The notes under the pieces are model-generated. The model was not told the origin of the DNA. It made no database searches and was given only the letters and a program-made list of their open reading frames with translations. A stretch of 44,463 nt of DNA, taken from IMG/VR virus record IMGVR_UViG_3300045988_106441; one strand, given 5' to 3'. The DNA is from a virus. The stretch's first letter is position 1. Every line of letters starts with the position of its first letter. The position numbers and the translations under genes are program-made. Shown here piece by piece: positions 39,130-44,463 of the stretch.

Positions 39130-40766
39130 CAATATACCCCCTTTATAAATTCAGCTATATAATCTGGTAGTCTACTATCCCCAAGGTGATATGCCGCCCA
39201 CGCTTCCGCCCATGCTTCGCTATCCTTTTGCAAAATATCGCATTGGCTTTCTTTGTACCACTTTTGCACCGCCTCATGGAATCCCGTTGGCAATTCACGC
39301 TTTAGTTCCGCATATGCGTGTCCTATTTCGTGGTAATATGTAGCTTCTCCGCTCAAATTAAAGTGCCACATATGCCCTGTTTTTTCCATATACCGCTTAT
39401 TTGTATCTTCTTTTGATTTCGCAATAGCGGTAGCATTTTTGTAATTTCGGAAGTTAAACCCAACCATAACGCCGCCGTCATAATCCCTCATGCCATCTCC
39501 GAAATTTATCCCCCAGAGGTTATCAAGCGTAACACCGTAAATTTGAGCGTCTTTCCGTTGCAATTTTCCCCCAAATCCTTTTTTGAAACTTGTCAAATCC
39601 GTAATGGCTTTAGGGGTTATCCCCGGCGGGAGCGTGTTTACCGCATTAGCGATTGTACTTGCTGTTTTGGCATCGGCCCCATTAAGTATGACAAAATCAA
39701 TACCTTGGTCATGTATCCACGCCTCAGCCTCTTTGACTGTATTAAAGGTTTTATTTCCCTTTTTCGCTTCCGCTTTCTTCCACCCCGCCCATTCTGCATA
39801 GGTCATATTCGAAATAACCTCTGTTTGCCCTGTATCGGCGTTTCTGGCGCGTCTCTGCGCAGTAGAGGTATCTACACCCTCCACGGCGGCAATCAGCGTA
39901 CAGCGGCAGTTATATATCTCCCACGGTGGCCCTTGTGGGTCGCCGGGAAAACGACAACCGTTAGAAAACTTCTTGTCCTGCGCCACTTGTTCGCCGTCAA
40001 GCATGGCATGAGAGTGGCGTGTACGCGAGTCCAGCGTAGCCAACCATTCTTTTTTTAGCTTGATGCCCATCTTCTCCGCCGCCGCGTAGCTGTCCATGCG
40101 TCCGGCGTTCTGCGCACCGGTAACGGCGGTTCTGGCGGTGCGGATGGCGGAATCGCGGCTCATGGTGGTAATGCGCTTTTGCAAGTCATCCGCCATGTGC
40201 TTGATGCTCTTTCCCTGCAAGATAGAGCTTGTGACGCTTGCCGTGATCTGCTTCTTGCCATACGCGAGGTCGATACCACGCTTTAAGGCTCGCTTCGGCG
40301 GGTAATATGGCATCAGCTCCGGCTGCTCTACCATAAGCCGTTTGACCGTCTGCTCGTCCCACAGGTCAAAGCCGATGTTGCCCGCGACCTGCTCGATAGT
40401 ATAGGCCGAATAGTTGCGGTTAAGGGAGTAAATACCGGGCGTTGCGTCGTTGGTGTAGGACACCGCCACGGCGTTTGCGTCGGTCACGCGGTGCGCCACC
40501 TTGTCACGCATGGCCTGATAGCGGTCCCCGCGCCCGATCTGGTTGAGCCGCCATTGCTTATAGTCGGCCTCCGTCCATTCCTTACCGTTCTGCACGGTGC
40601 CGATCAGAGCTTTCATTTCCTCGTCGCGCTTTTTGAATTGCTCAAAATATGCGTCGATGATCGCTTGCAGCTCTTCCCCCGCCTCACGGTACAATTTCGC
40701 AATGCGCCGCTCCAGCTTTGCAAGCTCTTTGTCGGTCAGTTTGTGGCCGAGGTCACTGGTCGCCAT
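39129..40766 (-). CDS. MuF/SPP1 gp7-family minor head protein fused to a C-terminal HExxH domain
   Basis: The N-terminal ~300 aa carry ..LDSRTRHSHAMLDGE..PPWEIYNCRCTL (MuF). The C-terminal ~215 aa carry YYHEIGHAY...EAWAEAWAAYHLG. Confidence 0.85.
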   Translation of the reverse strand: MATSDLGHKLTDKELAKLERRIAKLYREAGEELQAIIDAYFEQFKKRDEEMKALIGTVQNGKEWTEADYKQWRLNQIGRGDRYQAMRDKVAHRVTDANAVAVSYTNDATPGIYSLNRNYSAYTIEQVAGNIGFDLWDEQTVKRLMVEQPELMPYYPPKRALKRGIDLAYGKKQITASVTSSILQGKSIKHMADDLQKRITTMSRDSAIRTARTAVTGAQNAGRMDSYAAAEKMGIKLKKEWLATLDSRTRHSHAMLDGEQVAQDKKFSNGCRFPGDPQGPPWEIYNCRCTLIAAVEGVDTSTAQRRARNADTGQTEVISNMTYAEWAGWKKAEAKKGNKTFNTVKEAEAWIHDQGIDFVILNGADAKTASTIANAVNTLPPGITPKAITDLTSFKKGFGGKLQRKDAQIYGVTLDNLWGINFGDGMRDYDGGVMVGFNFRNYKNATAIAKSKEDTNKRYMEKTGHMWHFNLSGEATYYHEIGHAYAELKRELPTGFHEAVQKWYKESQCDILQKDSEAWAEAWAAYHLGDSRLPDYIAEFIKGVY

Positions 40767-42108
40767 CGCCGTTCACCTCCGGCGCATCCGGTTCCGCAAA
40801 GCTTCGGTCAATCTCTTCTGCCGCCTTCCGCTTTGCCATGTCCTCGTACTGGTCAATATCGCCGTTGATGGTCAGCAGCTTCTTTGTGATGTATTCGTCA
40901 TCGTAATACGCCGCGCCCAGCAGAATATTTTGTGTTTCCTCGCTCTTGTTGATGATCTGATTGCGCGTGTAACTCGGCTGATCCTCAATGCCTGCCAAAC
41001 GAAGAATCTCAACGATAAACCGCGTGACCTCGGATTCAAACTTATCCGTTTTCAAATCCAGCGGCGCATAGCTGGCCTTGATAGCCGTTGCCGTTTGGTT
41101 CCCGGCGGATACCGCCGCCGCGTCAAAGCACTGGAAATCCTCGTACAGCTTTTTCTTGAGCATATCAATGGTGCTGCTGGTGCCCTCATAGGGAGCCTCG
41201 ATGGTCTTACTCTCCACCTTCGCGCCATCATCGCCGTTTGCGTGGGCAACATGGGTGGTTTTCAAGCGCTCCACAAATTTCGCATCGTCGAGATCATCCA
41301 TGCCGTTGCAGTTGGACAGCACCCAATAGATCAAATTGCCCTCGTCCACGTTGTTGACCATATTCGAGGACGCAAGATCGAGCGCGTCAATGGTGTTGCG
41401 CTTGCCGACGATCTCGGAGAGACACCGCTTGTTGTTTTTCAGCGGCACGATGGGAAAACTCGGATAATTCCCGCCGTCATAGATTTCGGTTTCGCCGACT
41501 TCTGCCTTGCGCTCAATCAGCTTATAGCTACGCTTCGGCTGCATGACGGCCATATCCTCGCCGCCAGGCTGGAAATACTCTGTAAAGCCGTCCAGCTCGT
41601 ACAGCGTCGCTCTCAACGGCTTATCCTGTGCCACCTGCCAGAACCGAATACCGGCCTTCATCGCGCCGTCCTCTTCATCATAGAGAGGAACAAACTCAAG
41701 CAAAGAAAACACCCGCAAATGCGTCAAATCCCAGAAACCGAAGGAAACGCCTGCGATTTTCGCTTCACGCGCCGCGTCCATGACTTCTTGGTCGAAGTCC
41801 GGGCACAGCTTGTTTGGTGTTTCCTTCTCCGCAAAGGTTACGCCGTTACCCAGAAGATAGGAAACTTCCTGATCCACCGCCAGACCGAAAAAGCGGCTGG
41901 CCAGCTTATGGTTTGCCGTCCACATATCCGTGTGGGAACGGCCCTGCATATCGTAGATGATCTTTTCATAGCGATTAATGGTCGGATTCAGGCCGTTGTA
42001 ATATTCCTCAGCATCCGCCGCCGTCTTATATGCGTGGGATTCGCGGTGCTCGTTGATTGCGCTACGGATAAACTCCATCCGCGCCTTTTCGTCCTCGCCC
42101 ACCGCCAC
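40753..42108 (-). CDS. Portal protein (SPP1 gp6-like)
   Basis: 451 aa between TerL and MuF. The GTG start is uncertain (ATG alternative at 42078). Confidence 0.85.
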   Translation of the reverse strand: MAVGEDEKARMEFIRSAINEHRESHAYKTAADAEEYYNGLNPTINRYEKIIYDMQGRSHTDMWTANHKLASRFFGLAVDQEVSYLLGNGVTFAEKETPNKLCPDFDQEVMDAAREAKIAGVSFGFWDLTHLRVFSLLEFVPLYDEEDGAMKAGIRFWQVAQDKPLRATLYELDGFTEYFQPGGEDMAVMQPKRSYKLIERKAEVGETEIYDGGNYPSFPIVPLKNNKRCLSEIVGKRNTIDALDLASSNMVNNVDEGNLIYWVLSNCNGMDDLDDAKFVERLKTTHVAHANGDDGAKVESKTIEAPYEGTSSTIDMLKKKLYEDFQCFDAAAVSAGNQTATAIKASYAPLDLKTDKFESEVTRFIVEILRLAGIEDQPSYTRNQIINKSEETQNILLGAAYYDDEYITKKLLTINGDIDQYEDMAKRKAAEEIDRSFAEPDAPEVNGDGDQ

Positions 42109-42143
42109 AAGGTCGTTATATGTTTTGATAGTCGCTCACCGTC

Positions 42144-43421
42144 CTATCTGTTCCAAATGGGGGTATAATCGCTCTTGCCCTTTTGACCGGGCGCTTTCCA
42201 TATCGATTCTGTCGCATATCGGCACGCATCAATATGGTGGTTGTTTGCATCAGGATAACCGCTGAGGATCTCTCCCTCACGGTTCCGCTCGTACTCATAG
42301 GAAATAAATTCTTCTGCCGTTTTAGGGCATTTTACCTTGTCAATTACGATGCTCGACAAGCCTTGCAACCACTGCATAGAGCGATCAATACTTCCCGGCC
42401 CTTTTCTTGCGCTAATGCAGCGCAAGCCGAACTTTTGATAGTCCGCGACGCTCTTCGGCTCTGCACCGTCTGCGATGATGAGGTCATCGCGGGTCAGCCC
42501 ATAATCAATCAGCATATCAGCCGTTTCTTTGTTCCTCTTTTTGTTTGCGGTCATTTCCACAAAAATGTATAGTGTTCGTCTCGCGGCGTCGTAATGGCAA
42601 CGGTTGAACGCCCACGGATCGGGGAAATATCCCCAGTCAACGCCGTTATAAATGCGGTCGAAATGCGAAATTTCCTCGTCAGTGATTTCCCGCAACTCCA
42701 AATTTTCAAACACATTTCCGCCAGTTCCTACCGGAATACCGAGATATTCGTGCTGATATGCTCGCTCGTCCGTCTCTTTTAGGTGTTCCGCTTCTGCAAG
42801 AAACTGTTCTCCCAACCACTCAGGCGGTGCTTGCAGATATGTTGATTTGTGGCACAGCCGGTCAGCGCGTTCTTCTAAGCTGTCCTTGTTCGCCCAGTTA
42901 TCGCGCGAGATCGGCGGGTTATAGCTCTCAAAATTCCAAAACACCGAGCCACCGCGCATGGTGGACTGTAAAATAGTTCGGATTTCCGCACGTCCGGCAA
43001 ACTGGTCTTTTTCCTCGAAGTGCGTCACGGCGATATAGCCAAACGGCACTTTGATGGATTTGATCTTCATCGGGTCGTCAGCACCCCGAAACATGATCTT
43101 CTGTCCTGTCGGCTTATAGATCAGCTCCATCGGGGAGACTTTGGCTTCCCAATACTCCGCCATGCCCAGTTCACCGATTGCCCAGATATACTGCGCATAC
43201 ACGCTATCGCGGATCGTGTTTGCCACCTTGCGTAGCACAAGCGCGTGCGTGCCCGGATTGTTTATCAGCAACAGGGGGACGAATACAGACACCGTGGACG
43301 ACTTTAACGAGCCGCGCCCGCCGCTAAAATCGTAGTGCGTGTGACCATGATGGAACACATCGTGAGCCACATCGTAAAAAGCCGAGCCGATTTTTTCTGA
43401 CAAGAGAATATCAGACATCAA
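42144..43421 (-). CDS. Terminase large subunit (PBSX/Terminase_3-like)
   Basis: FSGGRGSLKSS Walker-A-like motif, IAVTHFEE, and a C-terminal nuclease region with ...VDWGYFPDP.... Confidence 0.9.
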   Translation of the reverse strand: MMSDILLSEKIGSAFYDVAHDVFHHGHTHYDFSGGRGSLKSSTVSVFVPLLLINNPGTHALVLRKVANTIRDSVYAQYIWAIGELGMAEYWEAKVSPMELIYKPTGQKIMFRGADDPMKIKSIKVPFGYIAVTHFEEKDQFAGRAEIRTILQSTMRGGSVFWNFESYNPPISRDNWANKDSLEERADRLCHKSTYLQAPPEWLGEQFLAEAEHLKETDERAYQHEYLGIPVGTGGNVFENLELREITDEEISHFDRIYNGVDWGYFPDPWAFNRCHYDAARRTLYIFVEMTANKKRNKETADMLIDYGLTRDDLIIADGAEPKSVADYQKFGLRCISARKGPGSIDRSMQWLQGLSSIVIDKVKCPKTAEEFISYEYERNREGEILSGYPDANNHHIDACRYATESIWKAPGQKGKSDYTPIWNR

Positions 43422-43824
43422 TAACCACCTTGACGGAATCCGTGCTTATTTTTGTCTCGTTCACTTCACGCCAGCCGAAATTGCAGCCAAGCGAGAATTT
43501 CGCGCCGTTCGCACCGTCTTTGTCGTAAAGCCGAGATTCGGCGTATTCCTCGCAGCGGGACTTCGCGCGCGTAACCGTGTCCGCGAACTCCGGCCTTGCT
43601 TGATAATCCAGCAGCGCTTGTCTCCCTGTGAATCCAAGCGCCAATGCAAGCCCTGTGATTGTCGGGGGCTTTGCATTGATGATAATCGGCACCCCGTACT
43701 TATCTCGCACAGCGCAGCCGTCATCTCCGATAAACGGTTCGCCTTCGCACTTTTTGAAGTAAACGTCAATGGCTTCCTGCATTGCCTTTACGCTTTTCCA
43801 TTTTCTTGGCGCTCCGCCAGCCAT
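43411..43824 (-). CDS. Terminase small subunit
   Basis: MAGGAPRKWKSVKAMQEAIDVYFKKCE...PPTITGLALALGF has a typical HTH N-terminus. RBS AAGGAAGTGA. Overlaps terL. Confidence 0.75.
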   Translation of the reverse strand: MAGGAPRKWKSVKAMQEAIDVYFKKCEGEPFIGDDGCAVRDKYGVPIIINAKPPTITGLALALGFTGRQALLDYQARPEFADTVTRAKSRCEEYAESRLYDKDGANGAKFSLGCNFGWREVNETKISTDSVKVVIDV

Positions 43825-44169
43825 ACGCTCACTTCCTTTCGTTTTGCTACCAGCCCCCACCCCTTGGCCTTACATAGCAGACTTTACCCGCCCTAACGGG
43901 CACATCTGGTACGGCATTGCAGTCCTGCCCTGCTTTAGCGCTTCGGGGAAAGTCCCCGTCACTCGCTGTGGTCTCCCCTTACGGGGCACCTATGCCGTGA
44001 ATGCCCCTCCTGGGCCACATCGTTGAGAGGTGCGAGGGGTCCTGTGCCCAACCGGAATTGCACCGAAGCGTCAAGGGCAAGTACCAGTTGCCGGAGACGA
44101 GCTGCTTTTACAGGCCGCAGCTTATATTTTTTTGGAGCGAGAACGCATCACCCGAAACGCTCCCCGCCA

Positions 44170-44241
44170 TGGTGCAGACGGCTGGACTTGAACCAGCGCA
44201 TACCTCCCGGCGCGGTGCTCTGCCAACTGAGCTACGTCTGC
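44170..44241 (-). tRNA. tRNA-like element with encoded CCA and a non-canonical anticodon arm (possible pseudogene)
   Basis: GCAGACG/CGTCTGC acceptor stem, GCTC-AGTTGGCA-GAGC D-arm, GCTGG-TTCAAGT-CCAGC T-arm, ACCA 3' end. Only 18 nt lie between the D-arm and T-arm, and they do not form a 5-bp stem with a 7-nt loop. Confidence 0.5.
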
Positions 44242-44374
44242 ATGTCCCCGGCATTCCACCGGGGTCAGGAGGAAAGAAAGAATGGATGGAAAGAATGAGG
44301 ATACGGATATAACCCCGCACCCTCATTCTGACACATATTTTTCTACGCTTGCCCCGAATTGGGGGCAAAGACCA

Positions 44375-44463
44375 ATTTTTTTTGCGATACTATAAAGGTT
44401 TACTCTCTCGCTCGCCTTCGTCCCATGCAAGCTCATCCAAGCTGACGTGGTAATGATTCGCTA
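44375..44463. repeat. Second copy of the terminal direct repeat
   Basis: Exact copy of 1..89. Confidence 0.95.

Noticed and set aside
44170-44241. Calling the tRNA-like element a functional tRNA with a defined anticodon, or a frameshift-suppressor tRNA with an 8-nt loop
   Set aside because: Only 18 nt separate the D-arm and T-arm. No 5-bp anticodon stem or variable loop can be drawn, and position 33 would not be U. The 8-nt-loop fold needs a 3-4-bp stem and leaves no variable region.
43769-44368. ORFs in the large non-coding region (43769-44026 +, 44001-44312 +, 44023-44298 +, 44108-44368 -) and a 37-aa plus-strand ORF at 44282-44395 with an AGGAGG upstream
   Set aside because: They overlap one another and the tRNA-like element and have biased Pro/Arg/Gly composition. 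The region is better explained by RNA structure. The 37-aa ORF has a plausible RBS but runs through a terminator-like hairpin and into the convergent HTH gene, so it is not called.

Overview
The first 89 nt are identical to the last 89 nt, so the window is one circularly closed unit of 44,374 bp. It reads as a complete temperate siphovirus-type phage or excised prophage, and the protein families look Clostridia/Firmicutes-like (recognised from memory, no search run). The minus strand carries two long operons. The early operon runs from ~16.9 kb to 16 and encodes a Cro-like HTH, micro-ORFs, a Lar-like protein, a Gp157-like protein, ERF, a NinB-like protein, HNH, SSB, a loader-like protein, an N6/N4 MTase, RusA, a C5 MTase, a DUF551-like protein, an ASCH-like protein, a second HNH and a MazG-like protein. 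The late operon runs from 43.8 kb to 25.5 kb and encodes TerS, TerL, portal, MuF, scaffold, capsid, connectors, major tail protein, a frameshifted chaperone, TMP, tail tip, a collagen-like fibre, holins and two lysins. The lysogeny module (CI-like repressor, DUF2513-like protein, membrane HTH, large serine integrase) lies on the plus strand at 17.1-20.7 kb, followed by two accessory cassettes at 20.8-25.4 kb. Main findings: (1) A 3.9-kb three-tyrosine-recombinase (RIT-like) mobile element has long terminal inverted repeats and a 6-bp direct repeat. It sits exactly in the PCQ catalytic-motif codons of the phage C5 methyltransferase, and removing it in silico restores the reading frame. (2) The restored methyltransferase appears circularly permuted, with motifs I-II at the C-terminus. 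(3) A ~565-bp hairpin-dense non-coding region upstream of terS holds a tRNA-like element with an encoded CCA but a non-canonical anticodon arm. (4) The MuF head protein has an AT-richer C-terminal HExxH domain. (5) A plus-strand accessory operon has a consensus-like promoter overlapped by a perfect 29-bp palindrome. All functional calls come from motif recognition by eye; no database search, HMM or folding program was run.
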